Shown piece after piece: positions 27,435 through 36,244 of a stretch of DNA of 54,715 nucleotides. Positions within the stretch are counted from its first letter, which is position 1, and each line of letters starts with the position of its first letter. Below the pieces are notes generated by a model, which was given only the letters and a program-made list of their open reading frames with translations, ran no database searches and was not told where the DNA came from. Position numbers and translations under genes: made by a program. Where the stretch lies: positions 1-54,715 of the IMG/VR virus record IMGVR_UViG_3300021478_000035. One strand, 5' to 3'. This DNA comes from a virus. Taxonomy: Duplodnaviria; Caudoviricetes.

Positions 27435-28061
27435 ATGCCCAATGGGATTGGAATGCCGCAGAGAATGCCTCCCGGAATACCTATGGGTGCTCCGGCTGGG
27501 CCGCAAGGCCCAGCCAATGCGCTGGCGAAGCCTTCGCCGACGGGGCAATTTAATGTGGAACAGCACGTCGAGCAGAACTGGGAACAGGCGCAAGCTCAGC
27601 ATAAACAGCTGATGGCCTCCGCGAAGAGGATGAGTGTTGCCAGGAAAGAGCTGGACTCGTTGAAGAAGTTGGGGGATCAGATACAGGTGGAGGACGTCAT
27701 TCAGGGCGCAGGGACGATGGTTGGGGCTGGATTTAGTCCGACGGCGCTGGCGCAGATGCTGGCTCAGATGCCAACCACTGGAGGAGAGGCGCTTCAAGCG
27801 TGGGTGGAGCAGCAGGACCAGAGAGCGCAGCAGATGGATCAGCAGCTGCAACAGAAGATTAAGTCTTCCGCGATCCATAGAGGAATGGCTGCAATGGCCT
27901 CTCTTCATGTCCACTCGATCAAACAGGGACATATGGCAGCGCAAGGCATGGGACCTCCGCAAGGCGGAGGTCCGGTAGGCGGAGCCCTTGCGCCACAAGG
28001 ACAATCACAATCTGATGAAGATCAGGGCTCCGCTCCGGCGGAAGCCGGAGCGGAGGACTGA
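27435..28061 (+). CDS. Ejection-module hypothetical protein
   Basis: AGGAGG RBS; Q/M-rich helical composition. Confidence 0.7.
   Translation: MPNGIGMPQRMPPGIPMGAPAGPQGPANALAKPSPTGQFNVEQHVEQNWEQAQAQHKQLMASAKRMSVARKELDSLKKLGDQIQVEDVIQGAGTMVGAGFSPTALAQMLAQMPTTGGEALQAWVEQQDQRAQQMDQQLQQKIKSSAIHRGMAAMASLHVHSIKQGHMAAQGMGPPQGGGPVGGALAPQGQSQSDEDQGSAPAEAGAED
28028..28055. repeat. Hairpin, GGAA loop, over RBS
   Basis: CTCCGCTCCGGC-GGAA-GCCGGAGCGGAG. Confidence 0.9.
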
Positions 28062-28064
28062 GAG

Positions 28065-29657
28065 ATGCCTGGTTTGGTGCCGGAGGCGACTGGACAGCCT
28101 GGTGGGACGGGGATGGCTGATCCATTTGGGATGATAAACTCTCTGATGGATTTTCAGAATAAAGCCAACCAGAATAGACAATTTCAAGCACATTTTATGG
28201 CCAATCAGGCGCTGGGAGAGATTGTGGCCCATGCTCCCTCTCTGGAGGAGGGGGCTCAACAGGCTATGGCAAATCCGTTGATTGCTGGGTTTGGCCAGGA
28301 AGGATTGGCAAGCCTGAGAAATTATATAATGATGGGTGCGCAGACAAAGCAAATTGGGCAAGCGACTGCGGGCATGAAAATGACGCAGGGGAGGGATGCG
28401 TTTCAGAATGTTGCGACAGCAGGTTTGCAGGCTGCGGACGATCCTCAAAACTGGAATAAATATTATGACGCTGCGATGAGTGGTGTCGATCCGAGTGTAA
28501 TGGACTTCGTCAAGCCGCGAGTTGACGCGCTGAAGGCGGGTATTGCAGCGAAAATTCAGGGGCTAAATTTGAGTGATCCAGCGCAGGCTGCGCAGGCGAG
28601 GAAACTAATCCAGTCTTCAGTGGCTGGTGGGTATATTGGGGCCAATGGAGACGCCAGTCGTCTTCCATCTGTTCTGCCTGGCGTTGAGGTTGGTGCTGAT
28701 AATGTCCCAACTTATCGTCCTTCGACGATTGGAGCTGGACGTGGCGAAGTTCCATATACTTTGCCGACTGGGCAGGCAGCGCCGCCTGCGCAGAGTGCTG
28801 CTCCACAGGTGATCACCAATTCGGCGACTAAGCAGCCGCTTAATGCCACTCCGGATATAACTCCGTGGGTGGAAATTGATCCGCGCACCAAGCAGCCAGT
28901 TATGGATACGCATGGAAACATGAAGATTAAGCCCAGTGAAATAGCAGAGGATCAGGATCTCAAGAAAGACCAGGGCGGACCAGCAGTAGAAAGATATAAT
29001 ATGGCTGGTCAACTGATTTCTAGTACGACGCAGGCCGATGAAGCTGCTATTGGGTTGGCAAAGAAGGGTGGCTTCACAGTAACTGGATTTGCAGGTGGCG
29101 CTAGAGGAGCCATTTCCAATCTTGTCGAATCACTGCAGAATATGACTGGAAAGAAGCTGGTAGATGATCCAAGCCTGCCTTTAGCAAATGCCTATGTGCA
29201 GACAATCAATAAAATACAACATACTGAGACGTTCCAGATGAAGAACATGCTTGAATCCACTGGTGGAAGGGGATTAGGCGTGCTTATGCAGGCACAGGGC
29301 GCTGTGCCTGGAATGGAGAATACGCCTCTCGCCTTCCTAATGCTTAATGCCTCTATCAGGGGATTGGCTAACTGGGAGACTGGGAAATATGAATTTAGAA
29401 ACGCTTGGCAGAAAAATCCAGCAGGGACGCTGCTTGGAGCGGATGAAGCTTATATGAGACAGTCACCTCCAATCGATTCCGCTAAGCGAGAGCTGGCAAA
29501 GTTTGGTATGTCACTGCAGGGTGGTGAGTTAGTATTTAACAGTAAACCAGAGCTGGATAATGCAGCTCATGAAGGGTTGTTAGGGGACGGTGACGCCGGG
29601 AAAAAACTGTATAAGCAGTTTTTGGCCAAGCTTCCTCCAGCTCCTCTTCCCCAATAA
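28065..29657 (+). CDS. Internal virion/ejection protein
   Basis: GGAGG RBS; size, position and A/Q/G-rich helical composition. Confidence 0.7.
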   Translation: MPGLVPEATGQPGGTGMADPFGMINSLMDFQNKANQNRQFQAHFMANQALGEIVAHAPSLEEGAQQAMANPLIAGFGQEGLASLRNYIMMGAQTKQIGQATAGMKMTQGRDAFQNVATAGLQAADDPQNWNKYYDAAMSGVDPSVMDFVKPRVDALKAGIAAKIQGLNLSDPAQAAQARKLIQSSVAGGYIGANGDASRLPSVLPGVEVGADNVPTYRPSTIGAGRGEVPYTLPTGQAAPPAQSAAPQVITNSATKQPLNATPDITPWVEIDPRTKQPVMDTHGNMKIKPSEIAEDQDLKKDQGGPAVERYNMAGQLISSTTQADEAAIGLAKKGGFTVTGFAGGARGAISNLVESLQNMTGKKLVDDPSLPLANAYVQTINKIQHTETFQMKNMLESTGGRGLGVLMQAQGAVPGMENTPLAFLMLNASIRGLANWETGKYEFRNAWQKNPAGTLLGADEAYMRQSPPIDSAKRELAKFGMSLQGGELVFNSKPELDNAAHEGLLGDGDAGKKLYKQFLAKLPPAPLPQ

Positions 29658-29668
29658 GGAGATAAGTA

Positions 29669-31870
29669 ATGGTAAATTCTGCTCCGGCTGTTGATCCCGC
29701 AGACGCGGCTGCAGAAGCCGCTTTTGCAGACAGAAATAAAATGCTTAAAGCAACTCCTCCTGTTGATCCGAGGGCGGATGCGGCAGCGGATGCTGCCGCT
29801 GAAGCAGCTTTCTCTGGCAGGCCATCAGCAACAACAGGAGCGACTGGAGAGCAGACGTGGGGTGCCACTATAAAGGACTTGCCATATCAGTTTGGACAAG
29901 GGATGATTGAGGGTGGTGCTGGTTTACTTGGTGCTCCGGCGGGGATTGCACACGGTATAAACCGTCTATTCGGCATCCCTGCTCCAGTTGAAGATCCAAA
30001 GCTGGGATTTCAGAACGCTTTCACTCCTAGTGATCTCCTAAGCAAAGCTAAAGGCACTGGTTATTATGATCCAACGCAGCCAGACACTCTTACAGGGCAG
30101 GTGGTGAGAGGACTGGGCCAGTCAACTCCTGCGCTTCCGCTTGGTCCACTGGGTGGGTTGGGTGCGAAAGCGAACCTAGCTTACACCTATTTACCTTCTG
30201 CCGTTGGCGATATATTTCACCACTACACTGATCAGAATCCTTTGTGGGCATCTCTGCCTTCAGCGCTTACACTTTCTGGTTTAGAAAGAATATTCACGCA
30301 AGGAGCAGCAAAGAGTGCGGCTACTGCAGCAGCTGCGAAGGCAGCACAAGAACAGGCAGCAGCGGAGGCGGCACTGAAAGCCCATGCAGCTATGCAACCT
30401 GCTACATCAGAAATGACGACATTGCAGAGACAAGGAGCTGCCAATGTGGTGCAGAGCTTTAAAGAAGGCTCATTAGCTGATATAGCTAAAGCGCATGACG
30501 CTGAATATACAGCGGCAGATGCAGACCGAGAGGATATTGCAGCAAGTTTAGGGACTTCAGACACCATACAGAAGGGTGGTGAAGCTCTGCAAGATGCGGC
30601 CAGGAGCTGGAAGAAAACGGAGTTCCCCAAAGCATTAAAAGATGCTGAAGAGCAGATGTATAAAGGGGCTGTGAATATTCCAGAGGATGCGGGTGGAGAC
30701 TTAACTAATTTTAGAGACTCTTTAGCCAACTCTTTTTATAAGGCAGGTGATCTGGAACCTGCTGCTCAACAGTTGAAAAGTAGGATGCCTGAGCGGCTAG
30801 AGAGTGCGCTTGATGCGATTGGTGCAAAGCAGGGATTAAAGCCAGGAGAAGTTCCTGCAGCAACACTGAATGATATGAAAAAGTTGCGTTCTATTTTGGG
30901 TGATGCAATGACCTCACCGAAGCTGTCAGAGGGTGTAGATGCGGGGAGGATGAATGAGCTTTATAGAGCTTTGAGTAGTGATATGGAGGCAGCCATTAGC
31001 AAGGCTGCTGGGCCACAAGGAGTGATACAGTTTAAAAAATTCAATGAGGAGGCGAGACGGTTATACGGGCTGGCTAGCGGACCAGTGGGTGACATTATTA
31101 AGAGTACAGATCCATTAGATAAGAGTATTTTGCCTGGTGATGCGGTGGCTAAGACGTTGGCTGGAAGCGATAAAGATGGAAGTAGGCTGACACAGCTGGC
31201 ATCAGAGCCAACATTGAAGAAGGGCCTCGATGAAATGGCTGCCTCTCAATTAAGAACTGGAAAGGGTCCGGGAGTTGTGCAAGGAGATCCAGACAAATTT
31301 TTTACTGGACTGGCTCCTGAGTCGAAGACAGCATTATTTGGGGATGTTACTGCGGGAAAATTGCAGGATACGATTGATAGAAGAGCAGCGGCCGATCAGA
31401 CCAGAGATCAAATGACGAAAGATGTAGGTAAAGGAGTCAAAGATATTAAGCAGAGTGCAGCAGCAGATATAGCAGGCCAGACTAGAGTCAGAGGTGAGAA
31501 GACGATTGCATTAGAGCAGGAGGAGAGTGCTAGGAAAGCAGCGCTGCAAGAGGCGCAAGCAAAAATGAAAGATGTACATACTGCCAAGCCTATGTCTTGG
31601 GAGAACATTCCTTGGGGTCGTGTACTTGCAGGGCTTGGTGGCCTCACAGCCGGACATCATCTGCTGCCTCAAGAACTTGCATCGCAGCTTCCAAATTGGG
31701 GAGAGCGCGCAGTGGATCTTGCAACTATGGCTGGCAGTTACGTCACTGCCAAGGGCGCTCATGAGATGATACATAATCCGCAAGCCAGAAAGAATTTGCT
31801 TCAAGCAGGAACCACCACTGCTGGGACGCGTCCTGATGTGCTTGGCTGGGGCGTAGGAGAGAACAAGTAG
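29669..31870 (+). CDS. Large internal virion/ejection protein
   Basis: TAAGGAG RBS; 733 aa Ala-rich helical; last gene of the late strand. Confidence 0.7.
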   Translation: MVNSAPAVDPADAAAEAAFADRNKMLKATPPVDPRADAAADAAAEAAFSGRPSATTGATGEQTWGATIKDLPYQFGQGMIEGGAGLLGAPAGIAHGINRLFGIPAPVEDPKLGFQNAFTPSDLLSKAKGTGYYDPTQPDTLTGQVVRGLGQSTPALPLGPLGGLGAKANLAYTYLPSAVGDIFHHYTDQNPLWASLPSALTLSGLERIFTQGAAKSAATAAAAKAAQEQAAAEAALKAHAAMQPATSEMTTLQRQGAANVVQSFKEGSLADIAKAHDAEYTAADADREDIAASLGTSDTIQKGGEALQDAARSWKKTEFPKALKDAEEQMYKGAVNIPEDAGGDLTNFRDSLANSFYKAGDLEPAAQQLKSRMPERLESALDAIGAKQGLKPGEVPAATLNDMKKLRSILGDAMTSPKLSEGVDAGRMNELYRALSSDMEAAISKAAGPQGVIQFKKFNEEARRLYGLASGPVGDIIKSTDPLDKSILPGDAVAKTLAGSDKDGSRLTQLASEPTLKKGLDEMAASQLRTGKGPGVVQGDPDKFFTGLAPESKTALFGDVTAGKLQDTIDRRAAADQTRDQMTKDVGKGVKDIKQSAAADIAGQTRVRGEKTIALEQEESARKAALQEAQAKMKDVHTAKPMSWENIPWGRVLAGLGGLTAGHHLLPQELASQLPNWGERAVDLATMAGSYVTAKGAHEMIHNPQARKNLLQAGTTTAGTRPDVLGWGVGENK

Positions 31871-33070
31871 TTAATCATAATCTGTTAGGGTTTTCCCGGT
31901 GACACGCCATGTTCTATCAGGATTCTGAATTAAGATGCCTCTTGCAACCAAGTTATTGATTACGTATTGTGCGTTTTGCGGCTTCGTCTTATCATCAAAC
32001 CAGCCATAGATAAAGGCATTTGTAATGGGACGACCAGTACTCATTTGGATAAGTAAGGCGTGGTGATATTTTCTTATCAGGCGGCCTTCTGACTCTCCTT
32101 TCATGCTGTCAAAGACTTTGGGCATCACCTCCTCAGCTTTGAGGAGCCAACTCATTGCACGCCTCACATGATGCAGGTGAACTTGCAAACTTGTATCCTC
32201 ACTCATGGAGGCGATCATAGACAGCTTGATCACCAACTGCGTTCTCGAATTCAAATAATTTCTCAGATCCTCATGCAGTGGACGTGGCTGCCCTCCATTC
32301 TGCTCCCAATCTCGAATGAACTCTATGGCATCCCTGTCCATTTGCATCGTATCATAAATCAGACTGATGTCCCTCAGGCGGGAGCACATCTCCATTTCGA
32401 GAGCTGAGTCTAGAGGGGCGGCTTCGAGCAGATCAGTCATGTTGGGAAACTCATTCCATACGAGGACGGTACGACGAAGAAGTCCTTGCTCATTTGCATC
32501 CCTCATCAAGTTCTTATGCATCGTATCAGGCTGATACCCAATAAGAGCTGTGATTAGTGGTGCTTCAATGACTAGGGGCTTTCCATCTTTATATTTACGC
32601 CGACTCTCTCTATACTCGCGCGGCCCATTCCATATAGTGGTCAGGAAAGAGAGGATGGCAGGATCATAGACTGGAAAAGTATTTGAGAACTCTTCGATGG
32701 CAAGGAGAAGGTTGTGGTATGTAAAGTTGGCCGCGCTAGTCGTCCGGCTGGCGTTGCGGAGATCATCAATGAGAGCGGCCTTTGTGTAGTCGTTGGCTCC
32801 GCAGTGGAAAGCAGGCTCTACACCAAACTCACCTTTCGTTGCTGCCCATATATTGCCAACAAGGTCAATCAAACCCTTCCCACTACCCGGCTGGCCAACT
32901 AGCATTACATAGAGGTTAGCATAGTTTGTGTAGGGACCTATGACTGTCTTGATGCGACGCTCCATAGCGCCACCAATCATTGTAATGGCACACCACTCCC
33001 GATAGAGTTTACTTGAGCGCATACCTTCAGTATATAGCATGAACTGATCGACCAGGTCCCCAGGTAGCAC
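31871..33070 (-). CDS. DUF3987/YfjI-like P-loop helicase
   Basis: NLYVMLVGQPGSGKG Walker A, AIEEF Walker B, GLLRR; next to the polymerase. Confidence 0.75.
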   Translation of the reverse strand: MLPGDLVDQFMLYTEGMRSSKLYREWCAITMIGGAMERRIKTVIGPYTNYANLYVMLVGQPGSGKGLIDLVGNIWAATKGEFGVEPAFHCGANDYTKAALIDDLRNASRTTSAANFTYHNLLLAIEEFSNTFPVYDPAILSFLTTIWNGPREYRESRRKYKDGKPLVIEAPLITALIGYQPDTMHKNLMRDANEQGLLRRTVLVWNEFPNMTDLLEAAPLDSALEMEMCSRLRDISLIYDTMQMDRDAIEFIRDWEQNGGQPRPLHEDLRNYLNSRTQLVIKLSMIASMSEDTSLQVHLHHVRRAMSWLLKAEEVMPKVFDSMKGESEGRLIRKYHHALLIQMSTGRPITNAFIYGWFDDKTKPQNAQYVINNLVARGILIQNPDRTWRVTGKTLTDYD

Positions 33071-33076
33071 GACACT

Positions 33077-34612
33077 TCACCCTCCCTTCAAGCGCTCCAG
33101 ACCTGAAGGTCTGGAGCGCTTGTCTTGTGTTCCCCTCCTCCACTTGAGTAGTCCAGCCGGATTGTTCTCTGACTCAGATGCCCAATTCCAACCGACCTTG
33201 GCAGCACCCGGAGCGATATAAGTTCGTTGACTCTTCGGATCAATGAGTTTAATTGTATTTAATAATTCTAAGACTGTAGTAATGATTTCATCAATGTCAT
33301 CTTCCTCACGTACTTGGAAGGTGATAGAGTCGTGTGTCTGCGCTAGCAGCTGGATGCGGTCTTTAAGGGTTGCCCATATCTTCCAGAGCCACAGATTAGT
33401 TCTATCAGCTGTCATTGATTGGGGAACGAACGCAATAGCCTCCCTCAATGTGGCATCGCTCCTTTGGTCGCCGAAGAAATGTCTTTGTCTTCCGAATGGG
33501 GTTGTTATGGAGCCGACAGTCTGAAGACGATCAGCAATCCAGTTCCAATATTGTCTCAGAGAGGGGTAAGCTGGACGGATGCCGCTATTGGTGGAGCCCC
33601 TACAGTAGCGCGCTTGGAACTCCACACAGACTTTCATGGGAAGTTTCAGGACACGGCTCATTGTCCATGCAGTGCCGTTGTAGTTGGTGAGGTGGCCCCC
33701 TCGCTTGGCCAAGTCGCGCATTGTCCAGTCCCGGTAGATGGGGACGCGTTCAGCCAGCTGGCGGCAACCAGCGGGATCGGCTGGCCAAGGCTGATCTGGC
33801 CATATAAGTCTGCAATTGTTGGTGTGGAAATCTCCCGACTCGCAAGAGTCCAGGAGAGACCAATCCCCAAAAAGAGACCCACAAATAAAGCCAACGTCAC
33901 GAGCCTCCACTTGCTCCAGGTCGATGGAGCAGAGTTTCCAGCCAGAATCCGATATGAAGACTCTCCTAAGCTCAGGTGCAATGTTTTGAGCATTTCCTCC
34001 CGTTCCGAGTACTGACGTTGAAGAGCTAAGACGACCTGTCTCAGTTCCGCCAATGTTGTAACTAGTTCGGTGTCGTCCATCCTCGTCTATCTCCTCCGTC
34101 AAGACGTCTAGTTGTTTGTATAAGTCTCTGCATGAGAGGATAAGGGAGACTAGTGGACGAGCATACATGTACTCGTCTATCTTCTCTAGCGCCTCTCGAT
34201 TAACTGATAGCTTTCTTTCCCCCTTAAAGGAGAGCCAGATTTCTGGGATCTTCATTGTCTTATAAAAGAACTCGGACAGCTGGGTATGGGAGCGGGGGTT
34301 GAGACTCTTGCCCCAGATTGGTTGGGCTAGCTCATCTAGCACCATGCGAGACTCTTGCACCTTCTTCTTGACTGCTAGCTCCATGCGGTGCCTGTCAAGG
34401 CCATCGATAAGGAAGCCGTGGAGCGCCATCTCCAGGAGGGGGGCTTGAAGTGCCCGCTCAAAGGAGTAGATGGGCTCTGCTCCTCCCGGATGCTCCTTGT
34501 TAATGTTCTCTAGGATCTCTAGGGTGAGCATAGAGTCCATGGCGCAGTAGGCCTGATGTTGCTCTTCTGTGTTTAGAGAGCCGGGCTCTATGGTGGCTGT
34601 CTGGATTAACAT
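33077..34612 (-). CDS. polA: Family A DNA polymerase: polymerase domain plus ExoIII segment
   Basis: TETGRLSS, NAQNI, motif A DLEQVEAR, motif B RDLAKRGGHLTNY, motif C THDS; N-terminal YCAMD. Confidence 0.92.
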   Translation of the reverse strand: MLIQTATIEPGSLNTEEQHQAYCAMDSMLTLEILENINKEHPGGAEPIYSFERALQAPLLEMALHGFLIDGLDRHRMELAVKKKVQESRMVLDELAQPIWGKSLNPRSHTQLSEFFYKTMKIPEIWLSFKGERKLSVNREALEKIDEYMYARPLVSLILSCRDLYKQLDVLTEEIDEDGRHRTSYNIGGTETGRLSSSTSVLGTGGNAQNIAPELRRVFISDSGWKLCSIDLEQVEARDVGFICGSLFGDWSLLDSCESGDFHTNNCRLIWPDQPWPADPAGCRQLAERVPIYRDWTMRDLAKRGGHLTNYNGTAWTMSRVLKLPMKVCVEFQARYCRGSTNSGIRPAYPSLRQYWNWIADRLQTVGSITTPFGRQRHFFGDQRSDATLREAIAFVPQSMTADRTNLWLWKIWATLKDRIQLLAQTHDSITFQVREEDDIDEIITTVLELLNTIKLIDPKSQRTYIAPGAAKVGWNWASESENNPAGLLKWRRGTQDKRSRPSGLERLKGG

Positions 34613-34615
34613 GTG

Positions 34616-34699
34616 TTACCAGTGATGATAGGAGTTGACAAGTTCAGTGAATAAAATTAGGAGTAGGATTACGTTATCGTACCGGAATATATCTCTCAA
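34616..34699 (-). CDS. Putative 27-aa hydrophobic peptide MRDIFRYDNVILLLILFTELVNSYHHW
   Basis: Read by hand; TTGA overlap with the upstream stop; fills the gap almost exactly. Confidence 0.35.
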   Translation of the reverse strand: MRDIFRYDNVILLLILFTELVNSYHHW

Positions 34700-35085
34700 A
34701 GTATTCTAGTCCAGATGAGATCTACTTCCGTTCCCTGATAGGATGGAGGATCGAGTGCCCAAACAGGGATGCTCTTTTCTTTGCTTAAATTAAGCTCGCC
34801 TCTAACTCCTTTTGAGTCAGCCCAATTTACAAGGCATAGGAGGATTACTCCTTTGGATGAGAGGAGCATGTTGCGGTTATGCTCGCTCCAGAATGCTGCG
34901 TCGGTTGGCATACTATATATCTGGGCCAATGCATGATAGTGGATTATTGGGGAATATATAGTTAGTTTGGTTCGTGTTAAGATGGCAGCTGCATCTAAAT
35001 GCTGCTTATATCGCTCTTCTATGGAGTCAGAATATGGACCAGCCATATACCAGTAGCCATCTCCAGGTGTTGGGTGATCATTCAT
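34696..35085 (-). CDS. DUF1937 / nucleoside 2-deoxyribosyltransferase-like protein
   Basis: YMAGPYS, YSPIIHYH, W..S.GV..E motifs. Confidence 0.75.
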   Translation of the reverse strand: MNDHPTPGDGYWYMAGPYSDSIEERYKQHLDAAAILTRTKLTIYSPIIHYHALAQIYSMPTDAAFWSEHNRNMLLSSKGVILLCLVNWADSKGVRGELNLSKEKSIPVWALDPPSYQGTEVDLIWTRIL

Positions 35086-36244
35086 CTAGCTTTTCTCCCT
35101 TGATTTTGGTTGCGCGATGCCTGCTCAGCAGTTTCCAGCTGGACTCGTTGGTGTAGATGGAGCCAAGAAATCCCAAACTCTTCTGCACTTCCGGGTAAAG
35201 TGAGTGGTGTAGGAGCATGGTGTCGTGGCGAGCATACTTGCAGTTGAAACCCATGCGAATGAAATACTGCATGTCATACATACCGTTCTGGAATAGAAGA
35301 GGACGACCACACTCTAGGAGGTTGCGGACAACGTACCATGCGGTTAGCTCGTCTTCAGGTGTAGGCCAGTAGTTGCGGGTGCCATCTTTGGAGCGGAACG
35401 GGATTGTGATGGAGTCTTGAGGACTGTCAGCGAAGCTTATGCATGTAATAAGCGGGCCAGCAGTCTCGCAGTCTACGGCAAGAAAGCCCGGTTTAGTGGC
35501 TGCTTTCCATGACCAATAGGAGATTTCTGTGATGGTCGGGTTGATAAGGGCTTCTCTAAAAGGCCTGCTGAGAGTGGGGCTAGATGACTCTCTGACGGCC
35601 TTTAAGAAGTCGGCCATGCAGATAATACGCCACTCTCTCCTGCCACGTCCGGGTAAGACGGCGGAGGGGTGATAGGTGGGGAGGACTTTTACTCCGGGAG
35701 CAACCCCTCCTTGCGAGCCCATTGTCGCAGTTCCGCGTACATTGCTAATGTCACTTCTTCCAAGGAGGGCCCATGTTGCGATGGCTCCAGCCGCAACGAT
35801 GCATGTCGGTCTGGCTTGTTCGAGTTCGCTTCTGAGACGATCAAGCTCACCGAGATATTTCGAGTTGAGGTAAGCGAGTTTGCCCCGGCCGAGCGGGGGA
35901 AGTGGAGGATAGTCATCTGGAAGCTCCTTCTTAGAGCATAGGAGGAAGTCGAAGTCATTGTTTGGCGGCCGCAGAGCAGCTACATTGGTAAGGCCGATCC
36001 CTGCTTCTTTGGCCCATACATTACGCATCTGATGCCATCCGCTTCGCGCCAGCGCATAGCGGAGATCAGTCGTGTACTTATTGAGCGGAATGGTCTCCAA
36101 GAGGATGCGGGTAAGCTCGGCCCCTGCTATTCCGCAGAAGGGGATGCCACCTGACTGCTCTTCGGACTCACCCCACGCCTCGCCAACCACGACGAGTCGT
36201 GGTTGGCGAGAGCCTGCCCATCCAGCGAATGGTGGCCGAGTCAT
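35078..36244 (-). CDS. Family 4 uracil-DNA-glycosylase-like domain fused to PolA-type 3'-5' exonuclease (ExoI/II)
   Basis: VGEAWG..E...PF.G.AG, TNV...RPPNN, PTYHPSAVL; then AVDCET, QNGMYD, HDTMLLHH..YPE..KSLGFLGS. Confidence 0.88.
   Translation of the reverse strand: MTRPPFAGWAGSRQPRLVVVGEAWGESEEQSGGIPFCGIAGAELTRILLETIPLNKYTTDLRYALARSGWHQMRNVWAKEAGIGLTNVAALRPPNNDFDFLLCSKKELPDDYPPLPPLGRGKLAYLNSKYLGELDRLRSELEQARPTCIVAAGAIATWALLGRSDISNVRGTATMGSQGGVAPGVKVLPTYHPSAVLPGRGRREWRIICMADFLKAVRESSSPTLSRPFREALINPTITEISYWSWKAATKPGFLAVDCETAGPLITCISFADSPQDSITIPFRSKDGTRNYWPTPEDELTAWYVVRNLLECGRPLLFQNGMYDMQYFIRMGFNCKYARHDTMLLHHSLYPEVQKSLGFLGSIYTNESSWKLLSRHRATKIKGEKLDE

Noticed and set aside
34635-34669. Plus-strand sigma70 promoter at TTGACA 34635
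   Set aside because: No acceptable -10 at 16-18 nt spacing
34613-35077. Group I intron or intein splitting the polymerase
   Set aside because: The gap holds a DUF1937-like gene, not a homing endonuclease, and I see no intron core or intein motifs
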